From the human T2T-CHM13v2.0 reference genome, Homo sapiens: 64,000 nucleotides of DNA. The notes beneath the pieces are model-generated. The model had not been told where the DNA came from. It saw nothing but the letters and a program-made list of their open reading frames with translations, and did not search any database. The stretch's first letter is position 1. Each line of letters starts with the position of its first letter. This document shows positions 12,241 to 27,600 of the stretch, piece after piece. The stretch is from assembly GCF_009914755.1 (NCBI RefSeq), contig NC_060939.1. One strand, written 5' to 3'. A program made the position numbers and the translations under genes.

Positions 12241-15178
12241 GATTTCTGAGAAACTCCTCTGTTATGTGTGCATTCATCTAACCAGTTTGAACCTTTCTTT
12301 TGATTGAGCAATTTGGAAACAGTCTTTTTGTACAATCTACAAAGGGATATTTCTGAACGGTTTGATGCCTATGGTGAAAAAGAAATATCTTCACATAAAA
12401 ACTAGACAGAAGCATTATGATAAACTAATTTATTATGTGTGCATTCATCTCACAGAGTTGAATCTTTCTTTTCATTTAGCAGTTCTAAAACTGTCTTTTT
12501 GTATAATCTGCAAAAGGATATTTGAGAGACCTTTGAGGCCTATGGTCATATAAGAAATATCTTCACAAAAAAAGGAGACAGAAGCATTATGAGAAACTTC
12601 TTCTTGATGTGTACTTTCTTCTCACAGATTTGAATCTTTCTTTTAATTGAACAGTTTGGAAACTCTCTTTTTGTAGGGTTTGCAAAAGGATATTTGGAGT
12701 GCTTTGAGGCCTATGGTGAAAAAGGAAATATTTTCACTTAAAAACTAAACAGAAGCTTTCTGAAAATCTTCTCTGTGATATGAGTATTATTCTCACAGTG
12801 TTGAACCTTTGTTTTCATTGAGCAGTTTGGAAACCATCTTTTTGTACAATCTGCAAAGGGATATTTCTGAGCAGTTAGAGGCCTACGGTGAAAAACAAAT
12901 ATCTTAACCTAAAAACTAGACAGAGGCATTCTGAGAAACTTCTTATTCATGTGTGCATTCATCTCCCAGAATTGAACCTTTCTTTCCATTGAGAAATTCG
13001 GAAACAATCTTTTTGTAGAATTTGCAAAAGGATATATGTGAGCCCACTGAGGCCCATGGTGAAATGGGAAATATCTTCACAGAAAAACTGGACAGAAGCA
13101 TTCTGAGAAACTTCTTTGTGACCTTTGCATTCATCTCACAGAGTTGAAACTTTCTTTTGATTGAGTAGTTTGGAAAAACTCTTTTTGAAGTATCTGCAAA
13201 TGGATATTTGGAGCACTTTGTGGCTTGTGGTGAAAAACTAAATATCTTCACATAAAATCTAGTGAGAAACTTTCTGAAGAACTTCTTTGTGATGTGTGTT
13301 TTCATCTCACAGAGTTGAAAATTTCTTTTGATTAAGCAGTTTGGAAGCAGTCTTTTGTAGAATCTGCAAATCAATATTTGGATTGCTTTGAGGCCTATCG
13401 TTAGAAGGGAAATATCTTCACATAAAAACTAGACAATTTCTGAGAAACTTCTTTGTGATGTGTGTTTTCATCTCACAGAGTTGAACTGTTCTTTTGATTG
13501 AGCAGTTAGGGAACAGTCTTTATCTACAATCTGCAAAGGGATATTTCTGAGGGGTTTGAGTCCTATGGTGAAAAAAAAATATCCTCACTTAAAAACTAGA
13601 CAGAAGCATTCTGAGAAACTTCTTTGTGATGTGTGCTTTCATCTCACAGGTTTGAACCCTTCTTTTGATTGAGCAGTTTGGAAGCTGTCTTTTTGTACAA
13701 TCTACAAAGGGATACTTCTGAATGGTTTGATGCCTATGGTGAAAAAGAAATATCTTCACAAAAAAACTAGACAGAAGCATTCTGAGAAACTTCTTTTTTA
13801 TGTGTGCATTCGTCTCACAGAGTTGAACCTTTCTTTGTGTGGAGCAGTTCGAAAACAGTCTTTTTGTAGAGTCTGCAAATGGATATTTGTGAGCTCTTTG
13901 AGGCCTATGGTGAAATATGAAATATCTTCACATAAAAACCAGACAGAAGCATTATGAGGAACTCGTTTCTGATGTGTGGTTTCATCTCACAGAGATGAAG
14001 GTTTCCTTTGATTGAACAGTTTTCAAGCAGCCTTTTTGTAGTATCTGCAGAGGGATATTTGGGAGCCATTTAAGGACTATGGTGAAAAAGGAAATATCTT
14101 CACATAATAACTAGACAGAGGCATTCTGAGAAACTTCTTTATGATATGCGCATTCATCTCACAGAATTGAACCTGTCTTTTCATTGAGCAATTTGGAAAC
14201 AGTCTTTTTGTACAATCTGCAAAGGGATATTTCTTAGCCGTTTGAGGCCTATGGTGAAAAAGTCATATCTTCACATAAAAACTAGGCAGAAGCCTTCTGA
14301 GAAACTTCTTTGTGATGTGTCCATTCATCTCACAGAGTTCAAACTTTGTTTTGATTGAGCTGTTTGGAAACAGGCTTTTTGTAGAGTCTGCAAAGGGATA
14401 TTTTTGAGACATTTATGGCCTATGGTGAAATAGGAAATATCTTCACATAAAGACTAGAAAAACATTCTGAGAAACTTATTTGTGATGTGTGCCTTCATCT
14501 CACAGAGTTGAAACTTTCTTCTGATTGAGCAGTTTGGAAAGAGGCCTTTTGTAGTATCTGAAAAGAGATATTTTTGAGCCCATTGAGGCCTACGCAGAAA
14601 GAGGAAATATCTTCACATATAAGCTAGACAAAAATTTTCTGAGAAAATTCTTTGTGATGTGTGCTTTCATTTCACAGAGTAGAATCTTTCTTTTCATTGA
14701 GCAGTTTGGAAACAGTTTTTTTGTAACATCTGCATAGGGATATTTCTGAGCGGTTTGAGGTCTATGGTGACAAAGAAATATCTTCACATAAAAACTAGAC
14801 AGAAGCATTCTGAGAAACTTCTTTTTTAGGTGTGAATTCATCTCTCAGAGTTGAAACTTACTTTTCATTGAGCAGTTCTGTAACAGTCTTTTTGTAGAAT
14901 CTGCAAAAGGATATTTGTGAGCCCTTTGAGGCCCATGGTGTAAAAGGAAATACCTTCACTTAAAAACAAGACAGAAGCATTCTGAGTAACTTCTTTGTGA
15001 TTTGTGCTTTCATCTCACAGATTTGAACCTTTCTTTTGATTGAGCAGTTTGGAAAAACTCTTTTTGTACAATCTGCAAAATATATTTGGTGCACTATGTG
15101 GACTATGGTGAAAAAGGAAATATCTTCACATAAAAACTAGAAAGAAACTTTCTGAGAAACTTCTTCGTGATGTGCACT
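12241..15178 (+). repeat. Monomeric alpha satellite
   Basis: Same monomer motifs and period as the upstream block. Confidence 0.97.
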
Positions 15179-16761
<1,583 letters not shown>

Positions 16762-18622
16762 AACTTCTTTGTGATGTGTGCATTCATCTCACAGAGTTGA
16801 ACCTTTCTTTTGATTGGGCAGTTTGGAAACAGTCTTTTTGTAGAACCTGTAAAGTGATATTTGTGAATGCTTTGAGGCTTATGGTGAAAAAGGAAATATC
16901 TTCACATTAAAACTAGACTCATGTTTTCTGGGAAACTTCTTTGTGATGGGTGTATGCATCTCAAAGACTGGAATCTTTCTTTTGATTGAGCAGTTTGGAA
17001 ACGGTCTTTTTGGAGAATCTGCAAAGGGATGTTTTTGAGTGGTTTGAGACATGTGATGAAAAAGGAAATATCTTCATATAAAAACTAGGCAGAAGCATTC
17101 TGAGAAACCACTTTGCGATGCATGCATTCATCTCACAGAGTTGAATTTTCTTTCATTGAGCAGATTGGAAACAGTCTTTTTGTAGAATAGGCAAAGTGAT
17201 ATTTGTGAGCTTTCTGAGGCCTGTTGTGAAAAAGGAAATATCCACAAATACAATCTAGACAGAAGCCTTCTGAAAAACTTCGTTGTGATGTGTGCATTCA
17301 TCACACAGAAATGAACCTTTCTTTTGATTGAGCAGTTTGGAAACAGTCTTTTCATAGAATCTGAAAAGGAAAATTTGGGAACGCTTTCAGGCTTATGGTG
17401 AAAAAGAGTATCTTCACATAAAAACTAGACAAAAAGGTTCTGAGAAACTTCTTTGTGATGTGTGCATTCATCTCACAGAGTAGAAACTTTCTTTGAGCAG
17501 TTTGGAAACAGTCTTTTTGTAGAATCTGCAAAGGGTTATATATAGGCGGTTTCAGGTCTATGGTGAAAATAGAAATATCTTCACATAAAAACTAGACAGA
17601 AGCTTTCTGAGAAAATTCTTTGAGATGTGCACATTCATCTCACAGATTTGAAGTGTTCTTTTCCTTGACCTGTTTGGATAGAGTCTTTTTGTAGAATCTG
17701 CTTTGCGATATTTGTGAGCCCTTTGAAGCCTATGGTGAAAAAAGAAATATCTTCACACAAAAACTAGACAGAAGCTTTCTGAGAAACTTCGATGTGATGT
17801 GTGCATTCATTCCAAAAGTTGAACCTGTCTTTGGATTGAGCAGTTTGGAAACAGTCCTTTGTAGAATGTACAAAGGGATATTTGGGATCCCTTTTTGGTC
17901 TATGGTGAAAAAGGTAATGTCTTCAGATAAAAACTAGACAGAAACATTCTGAGAAACTTATTTTTGATATGTGCATTCTTCTCACAGAGTTAAACCTTTC
18001 TTTAGATAGAGCAGGTTAGAAAATGTCTTTTTGTAGAATCTGCAAAGTGATGATTTGAATGCTTTGAGACTTATGTTGAAAAAGGAAATATCTTCACAGA
18101 AAAACTGGACGGAAACTTTCTGAGAAACTTCTTTGTGATGTGTGCATTCATCTCAAAGAGTTGAAGCTTTGTTTCAGTTGAGCAGTTTGGTAACAGTCTT
18201 TTTGTAAAATCTGTAAAGGGACATTTGTGAGCACTTTGAGGCCTATATTGAAAAAGGAAACATCTTCAAATAAAAACTAGACAGAAGCTTTCTGAGAAAC
18301 TTCTTTGTGATGTGTGCATTTACCTCACAGAGTTGAAGCTGTCTTTTGATTGAGTAGTTTGGAAACAGTCTTTTTGTAGAATCTGCAAAGGGTTATTTAT
18401 GAGCGGTTTGAGGTCTATGGTGAAAAAGGGAGTACCAACAAATAAAAACTAGACAGAAACTTTCTGAGAAACTTCTCTGTGATGTGTGCATTCATCTCAC
18501 AGAGTGGAAGCTTTCTTTGATTGAGTAGTTTGGAAACACTCTTTTTGTAGAATCTGCAAAGGGATATATGTAGGCGGTTTGAGGTCTATGGCGAAAACGG
18601 AAATATCTTCACATAAAAACTA
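16762..18622 (+). repeat. Monomeric alpha satellite
   Basis: About 11 divergent monomers ending at cacataaaaacta. Confidence 0.96.
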
Positions 18623-21600
18623 ACTGCTCAATGGGAAGAAATTTTTACTTCTGTGTGATAAATGCACATGTCACAAAGGAGTTACTCAGAAAACTTCTTT
18701 CTACTTTTAATGTGAAGATATTTCCTTTTTCACCATACACCTCAATGCACTCACAGATATCCCTTTGCAGATTCTACAAAAAGATTGTTTCCAAACTGCT
18801 CAATAAACAGAATGGTCCAACCCTGTGAGACGAATGTGCACATCCCAAAGAAGTTTTTCATAAAACTTCCTTCTCAGTTTTATGTGAAGATATTTCCTTT
18901 TTGAACACAGGCCTCGATGCACTCCCAAATATACCTTTGCAGAGTCTACAAAAAGACTGTTTCCAAACTGCTCAATCAAAAGAAAGTTTCAACACTGTTA
19001 GATGAATGCACACATCAGAAAGTAGTTTCTCAGCAAACTTCTCACTAGTTTTTATGTGAAGATACTTCCTTTTTCAACGTGGGTCTCAAAGCACTCAAAA
19101 ATATCCCTTTGCAGACTCTAGAATAACAGAGTTTACAAACTGCTCAATGAAAAGAAATGTTTACCTCTGTGAGATGAGTACACATATCTTAAAGCAGCTT
19201 CTCAGAATGCTTCTTTCTAGTTTTTATGTGAAGATATTTCCTTTTCCACCATAGGCCTCAACTTGCTCCTAAATATCCCTTTGCAGATTCTACAAAAAGA
19301 CTGTTTCCAAACTGCTCAATCAAAACAAATGTTAAACTCTATGAGATAAATGCACACATCACAAAAAGTTTCTCAGAAAACTTTTGTCTAGTTTTTATGT
19401 GAAGATATTTCCTTATTCACCATAGGCCTCAAAGCACTACAAATATCCCACTGCAGATTCTACAAAAGGACTGCTTGCAAACTGCTTAATCCAAAGAATG
19501 TTTCAACTCTGTGTGATGAATGCACACATCCAAAGAAGTTTCTCAGAAACTTTCTTTATGGTTTTTCTGTGAAGATATTTCCTTTTTCAACATAGGCCTC
19601 AAAGCCCTCACAAATATCCCTTTGCAGATTCTACAAAAAGACTGTTTCCAAACTGCTCAATAAAAAGAATTATTGAACACTGTCAGATGAATGCACACAG
19701 CTCAAAGAAGTTTCTCAGAATCCTTCAGTCTAGTTTTTATGTGAATATATTTCCTTTTTCACGATAGGCCTCAAAGTGTTCCAAATATCCATTTGCAGAG
19801 TCTACAAAAAGACTGTTTCCAAACGGCTCAATCAAAACAAAGATTCAACTCTGTGTGATGAATGCACACATCACGAAGCAGTTTCTCAGAATGCTTCTGT
19901 CTAGTTTTTCACCATAGGTCTCAAAGTGCTCACCCATATCTCTTTACAGATACTACAAAAATACTTCTTCCAAATTGCTCAATCAAAAGAAAGGTTCAAC
20001 TCTGTGAGATGTATGCACACCACAAAGAGATTTCTCAGAAAGCTTCTCTCTAGTTTTTATGTGAAGATATTTCCTTTTTCACCATAGGCCTCAAAGCATT
20101 CACAAATATCCCTTTGCAGATTCTACAAAAAGACTCTTTACACATTGCTCAATCAAAATAATGTTTCAAATCTGTGAGGTGAATGCTCACATCACCAGGA
20201 TGTTTCTCAGAAAGCTTCTGTGTAGTTTTCATGTGAAGATATTTCCTTTTTCACCATACATCTCAAAGGGCTCACAAATATCCCTTTGCAGATCTTACAA
20301 GAAAAGAGTTTCCAATCTTCTCAATGAAAAGAAACAGACACATCTGGGAGATGAATGCACATATCACAAAGCAGTTTCTGAGAAACATTCTGTCTAGTTT
20401 TTATGTGAAGGTATCTCCTTTTCCACCACAGGATGCAAAGTGCTCAAAATTGTCCCTTTGCAGATTCTACAAAAAGATTGTTTCCACACTGCTCATGCAA
20501 AGAAAGATTCAACTCTGTGAGATGAATGCACACGTCAAAAAGTGGTTTCTCAGAAAGCTTCTATTAAGTTTTTATGTGAATGTTTCCTTTTTCCCCATGA
20601 GCCTCAAGGTGCTCACAACTATCCACATGAAGAATATTTAAAAAGACTGTTTCCAATCTGCTCAATCAAAAGAAAGGTTGAACTGTGTGAGATGAATGCA
20701 CACATCACAAAGAAGTTTCTCAGAAACCTTCTTTATAGCTTTCCTGTGAAGATATTTCCTTTTTCACCATAGGTCTCAAAGCCCTCACAAATATCTCTTT
20801 GCAGATTCTACAAAAAGCTTGTTCCAAACCGCTCAATAAAAGGAATTATTGAACTTTGTGAGATGAATGCACACATCTCAAATAAGTTTCTCAGAAAGTT
20901 TCAGTCTGGTTTTTATGTGAATATATTTCATTTTTCACCATAGGCTTCAAAGTGCTCCAAATATCCATTTGCAGAGTCCACAAAAAGACTGTTTCCAAAC
21001 GGCTCAATTAATAGAAAGTTTCAACTCTGTGAGATGAATGCACACATCACTAAGAAGTTTTGCAGGAGGCTTCTGTCTAATTTTTATATGAAGACATTTC
21101 CTTTTTCACCGTAGACCTCCATCTGCTCACAAATATCCCTTAGTAGATTCTACAAGAACAGAATTTCCAGACTGATCAAAGAAAACAAACTTTTTTCTCT
21201 GTGAGATGAATGCACACATCACAAAACTGTTTCTCAGAAACCTTCTTTATACTTTTTATATGATGATATTTCTTTTTTCTCCCTAGGACTCAAAGTGCTC
21301 AAAAATATCCCTTTGCAGATTCTACAAAAAGTTTATTTCCAAAGTGCTCAATCAAAAGAATAGTTCAACTCCATGAGATGAATGCATACATCACAAAGAA
21401 GTTTCTCAGAAACCTTCTTTATAGTTTTTATGTGAAGATATTTCCTTTTCCACCACAGGCCTCAAAGTGCTCAGCAATATCCCTTTGTAGATTCTGCAAA
21501 AAGACTACTTCCCAACTGCTCAATCAAATAAATGTTTGAACTATGTGAGATGGATGCACACATCACAAGATGGTTTCTCAGAAATCTTCTGTCCATTTTT

Positions 21601-24600
21601 TATGTGAAGATATTTCCTTTTTCACCATAGCACTCCATGTCACGACAAATATCCCTTGCAGATTCTACAAAAGACTGTTTCCAGACTGCTCAATCAAAAG
21701 AATGGTTCAACTCTGTGAGATGATTGCACACATGACAAAGAAGCCACTAGGAAAGCTTCTGTCTAGTTTTTATGTGAAGATATTTCCTTTTTCACCATAG
21801 GCCTCAAAGCATTCACAAATATCCCTTTGCAGATTGTACAAAATAGTTTCCCGACTGATCATAGAAAATAAACGTTTACCTCTCTGAGATCAATGCACAC
21901 GCCACAAAGCTGTTTCTAAGAAACCTTCTTTATACCTTTTATATGAATATATTTCCTTTTTCACCATTGGGCTCAAAGCTCTCATAAATATCCCTTTGCA
22001 GATTCCACAAACAGATGGTTTCCATACTACTCAATCAAAAGTAAGTTTCAACTTTGTGAGATGAATGCCCACATCACAAAGAAGTTTCTCAGAAAGCCTC
22101 TCTCTAATTTTTATGTGAAGATATTTCCTTTTTCACCCTAGACCTCAACGCACTCACAAATATCCCTTTGCAGAATCTACAAGAACAGTTTCCAGACAGA
22201 TCAGGGAAAAGAAAAGTTTACTTCTGTGAGATGAATGCATACATCATAAAGCTGTTTCTGAGAAACCTTGTTTATACTTTTTATGTGAATACATTTCCTT
22301 TTCCACCATAGGCCTCAAAGCACTCACAAATATCCCTTTGCAGATTCTACAAGAAGACTGTTTCCAAACTGTTCAATCAAAAGAATGGTTGAACTCTACG
22401 AGATGAATGCACACATCACAAAGAAGTTTCTCCGAAAACTTCTGTCTAGTTTTTATGTGAAGATGTTTCCTATTTCATCATAGGCCTCATAGCTCTCAAA
22501 AATATGCCCTTACAGATTCTACAAAAATACTGTTTCCAAATTTCTCAATCCAAAGAAAGTTTCAAATCTGTGAGATGAATGCACACATCACAAGGAGGTT
22601 TCTCAGAAAGCTTCTCTCTAGTTTTCATGTGAAAATATTTCGTTTTCACCATAGGCTTCAAAGCATCACAAATATCCATTTGCAGATTCTACCACATGGT
22701 TTCCCAACTGCTCAATCAAAAGAATTGTTGAACTCTGTGAGATGAATGCATACATCACAAAGTAGTTTCTCAGAAATCTTTAATCTAGTTTTTATGTGAA
22801 GATACTTTCTCTTTCACCATAGGCCTCAAAGTGTTCAGAAATATCCCTTTACAGATTCCACAAAAAGACGTTTCCAAACTGCTTAATCAAAAGAAAGTTT
22901 CAATTCTGTGAGATGCATGCACACATAACCAAGAAGTTTCTCAGTAGGCGATACTTTATCTTTCACCATAGGCCTCAAAGTGATCAGAAATATCCCTTTA
23001 CAGATTCCACAAAAAGACATTTCTAAACTGCTCAATCAAAAGAAAGTTACAATTCTGTGAGATGAATGCACACATCACCAAGAAGTTTCTCAGTAGGCTT
23101 CTGTCTAGTTTTTATGTGAAGACAATATCTTTTTCACCATAGGTCCCTAGGCACTCAAAAATGTCCCTTAGCAGATCCTACAAGAACAGAGTTTCCCAAC
23201 TGATCAAAGAAAAGAATCATTTACCTCTGTGAGATGAATGCAGACATCAAAAAACAGTTTCTCAGAAACCTTCTTTATAGTTTTCTATGAAGATACTTCT
23301 TTTCCTGCATAAGCCCCAAAGTGCTCACAAATATCCGTTTGCAGATTCTTCAAAAAGACTGTTTCCAAATGGCTGAATTAAAAGAGATGTTGAAATCTGT
23401 GAGATGAATGCACATATCACAAAGAAGTATCTCAGAAACTTTCTTTATACTTTGAATGTGAAGATATTTCCTTTGTCACAATAGGCCTCATAGTGCGCAA
23501 AAATACCCCCTTTGAGATTGTACAAGAACAGAGTTTTCCAGACTGATTGGAGAAAAGAAACACTTACCTCTGTGAGATGAATGCACACATCACAAGGTTG
23601 ATTTTAGAAAACCTGCTTTATAGTTCTTATGTGAAGATATGTCCTTTTCCACCATAGGATTCAAAGCGCTCCAAATATCCAATGGCAGACTCTACAAAAA
23701 GAGTGTTTCCAAACTGCTCAACAAAAAGAAAGTTCAACTCTATGAGATAAATGCACACAGCACAAAGAAGTTTCTCAGAATGCTTCTGTCTATTTTTCAT
23801 GTGCAGATATTTCCTTTTCCACCATAGGCGTCAAAGCACTCTAAATATCCACTTGCAGATTCTCCAAAAAGAGTGTTTCAAAACTGCTCAATAAAAAGAA
23901 AGTCTCAACTTTGCGAGCTGAAAGCACAAATCACAAAGAAGTTCCTCAAAATGATTCCCTGTAGTTTTTATGTGAAGATATTTCCTTTTCCACAAGAGGC
24001 CGAAAAGCGCTCCAAATATCCAATTGCAGATTCTACAAAAAGTCTGTTTCAAAACTGCTTAATCAGAATAAAGGTTGAACTCTGAGTTGAATACACACAT
24101 CACAAAGAAGTTTCTCAGAATGCTTCTGGCTAGTTTTTATTGGAAGATATATTCTTTTCCACCATATGCCTCAAAGAGATCAAAATATCCACTTGCAGAT
24201 TCTAAAAAGAGAGTGTTTCAAAACTGCTCAATCAAAAGAATGGTTGAACTCTGTGAGATGAATGCACACATCACAAAGAAGTTTCTCCGAATGGTTCTGT
24301 CTAGTTCTTATGTGCAGATATTTCCTTTTCCACTATAGGCCTCAAAGCTCTCCAAATACAAATTTGAAGATGGTATGAAAAGAATGTATCCAAACTGCTC
24401 AATAAAAAGACACGTTCAACTCGGTGAGTTGAATGCACACATCACAAAAAAGTTTCTCAGAATGCTTCTTTCTAGTTTTTATGTGAAGATATTTCCTTTT
24501 CCACCATAGGCCTCAAAGCGCTCTAAATATCCTACTGCTGATTCTACAAAAAGAGTGTTTCAAAACTTCTCAATCAAAAGAAATGTTCAACTCTGTGAGT

Positions 24601-27600
24601 TGAATGTGCACATCACAAAGAAGTATCTTAGAATGATTCTGTCTAGTTCTTATGTGAAGATATTTCCTTTTCTCTCATGGCCTCAAAGTGCTCCACATAT
24701 CCACTTGCAGATTCTACAAAAAGAGTGTTGCAGAACTGCTCAATTAAAAGAAAGGTTCAACTCTGTGAGATGAATGCAGACTTCATGAAGAAGTTTCTCA
24801 GAATGCTTCTCTCTAGTTTTTATTGAAGATATTTACTTTTCCACCAGAGGCCATACAGCGCTCCAAATATCCACTTGCAGATTCTACAAAAAGAGTGTTT
24901 CAGAACTGCTCAATCAAAAGAAAGGTTCAACTCTGTGAGTTGAATGCACACAGCACAAAGAACTTTGTCAGAATGCTTCTCTGTAGTTTTATGTGAAGAT
25001 ATTTGCTTTTCCACCATAAGCATCAAAGCGCTCCAAATATCCACTTGCACACTCTATAAAAAGAGTGTTTCAAAACTGCTCAATCAAAAGAAAGCTTCAG
25101 CTAAGTGGATGAATGCACGCATCACAAATAAGTTTCTCAGTATGCTTCTGTCTAGTCTTTATGTGAAGACATTTCCTTTTCCACAATAGGCCTCAAAGTG
25201 CTCCAAATATCCACTTGCAGATTCTACACAAAGAGTGTTTCAAAACTGTTCAGTCAAAAGAATGGATCAAGACAATGATATGAATGCACACACCACAAAG
25301 AAGTTTCTCAGAATGCTTCTCTCTAGTTTTTAGGTGAAGATATTTCCTTTTACACCATAGAACTCAAACCGCTCCAGGTATCCCTTTGCAGATACTACAA
25401 AAAGAGTGTTTCAAAACTGCTCAATCAAAAGAAAGATTCAACTGTGTGAGACGAATGCACATATCAAGAAGAAGTTTCTCAGAATGCTTCCGACAAATAT
25501 TTATGTGAAGATATTTCCCTTTCCACTATAGACTGCAAAGTGCTCCAAATATCCACTTGCAGATTCTACAAAAAGAGTGTTTCAAAACTGCTCAATCAAA
25601 AGAAAGTTTCAACTCTGTGAGATGAATATACACATCACAAAGAAATTTCTCAGAATTTTTCTGTCTAATTTTTTCTGCGAAGATATTGCCTTTTCCACTT
25701 AAGGCCACATAGCGCTCCAAATATCCAATTGCAGGTTCTACAAAAGGAATCTTTCAAAACTGCTCTATCAAAAGAAGGGTTCCATTCTGTGAGTTGAATG
25801 CACACGTCACAAAGAAGTTTCTCAGAATGCTTCTGTCTACTATTTATGTAAAGATATTTATTTCCTTTTCCACTATAGGCCTCAAAGCACTCCAAATATC
25901 CACTGGCAGATTTTCAAAAAGAGTGTTTCAAAACTGCTCAATCAAAAGAAATGTTGAACACTGTGAGTTGAATGCACACATCACAAAGAAGTTTCTCAGA
26001 ATGCTTCTCTGTAGTTTTTATGTGAAGATATTTGCTTTTCCAACATAGGACTCAAAGCGCTCCAATATCCATTTGCAGATTGTACAAAAAGAGAAATACA
26101 AAACTACTAAATCAAAAGAATGGTTCAACTCTGTGAGAAGAATGTGCACAAAACAAAGAAGTAGCGGAGAATGCTTCTCTTTAGTTTTTATGTGAAGATA
26201 TTTCCTTTTCCACCATAGGCCACATATTGCTCCTAATATCCACTTGCAGATTCTACAAAAAGAGTATTTCAAAACTGCTCAATCAAAAGAATGGTTCAAC
26301 TCTGTGAGATGAATGCACACATCACAAAGAAGTATCACAGAATGCTTCTGTCTAATTTTATTGTGAAAATATTTTATTTTCCACCATAGGCCTCAAAGCA
26401 CTTCAATAATCCACTTGCAGACTGTACAAAAAGAGTGTTTCAAAACTGGTCAATAAAAAGAAAATTTCAACTCTGTGAGATGAATGCACATATCACAAAG
26501 ATGTTTCTCAGAATGCTTCTGTCTAGTTTTTATGTGAAGATATTTCCTTTTCCCCTGTAGGCCACAAAGGCCTCCAAATATCCACTTGCAGATTGCACAA
26601 AAAGAGTGTTTGAAAACTTCACAATCAAAAGAAAGTTTCAACTCTGTGAGATGAATGCACACATCACAAGGAAGTTTCACAGAATGCTTCTGTCTAGTTT
26701 ATGTGAAGATATTTCCTTTTCCAACAGAGGCTGCAACCACTTGCAGATTCTAAAAAAAGAAAGAGCGTTTCAAAACTGCTCAATCAAAAGAAAGGTTCAA
26801 CTCTGTGAGTTGAACACACGCAACACAAAGAACTTTGTCAGAATGCTTCTCTGTAGTTCTTATGTGAAGATATTTCCTTTCCCACCATAAGCCTCAAAGT
26901 GCTCCAAATATCCACTTGCTCACTCTACAAAAAGAGTGGTTCAAAACTGCTCAATCAAAAGAAAGATTGAACTCTGTGAGATGAATGCACACATCACAAA
27001 TAAGTTTCTCAGCATGCTTCTCCGTAGTTTTTATGTGAAGATATATCCTTTTCCGCAGTAGACCACAAAGCACTCCAAATATCCACTTGCAGATCCTAAA
27101 AAAAGTGTTTTTCAAAACTGCTCAATCAAAAGAAAGGTTCAACTCTGTGTGTTGAATGCACACATCACAAACCAATTTCTCAGAATGCTTCTGTCTAGTT
27201 TTCATGTGAAGATATTTCCTTTTCCACCATAGGCCCCAAAGCGCTCCAATATCCAATTGGAGATTCTACAAAAAGAGTGGATCAAAACTGCTCAATCAAA
27301 ATAAAGCTTCAACTCTATGAGATGAATGCCCACATCACAAAGAAGTTTCTCAGAATGCTGTTGTCTAGTTTTTATGTGAAGATATTGCCTTTTCCACTTA
27401 GGGCCACATAGCACTCCAAATATCCACTTGCAGATTCTACAAAAGGAGTCTTTCAAAACTGCTCAATCAAAAGAAGGATTCCACTCTTTGAATTAATTGC
27501 ACACGTCACAAAGAAGTTTCTCAGAATGCTTCTGTGTACTATTTATGTGAAGATATTTCCTTTTCCACTGTAGGCCTCAAAGCGCTCCAAAAATCCACTG

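Noticed and set aside
16762-20500. Recent palindrome or hairpin centred on the strand switch
   Set aside because: The arms break at different monomer positions and do not share mirrored private variants.
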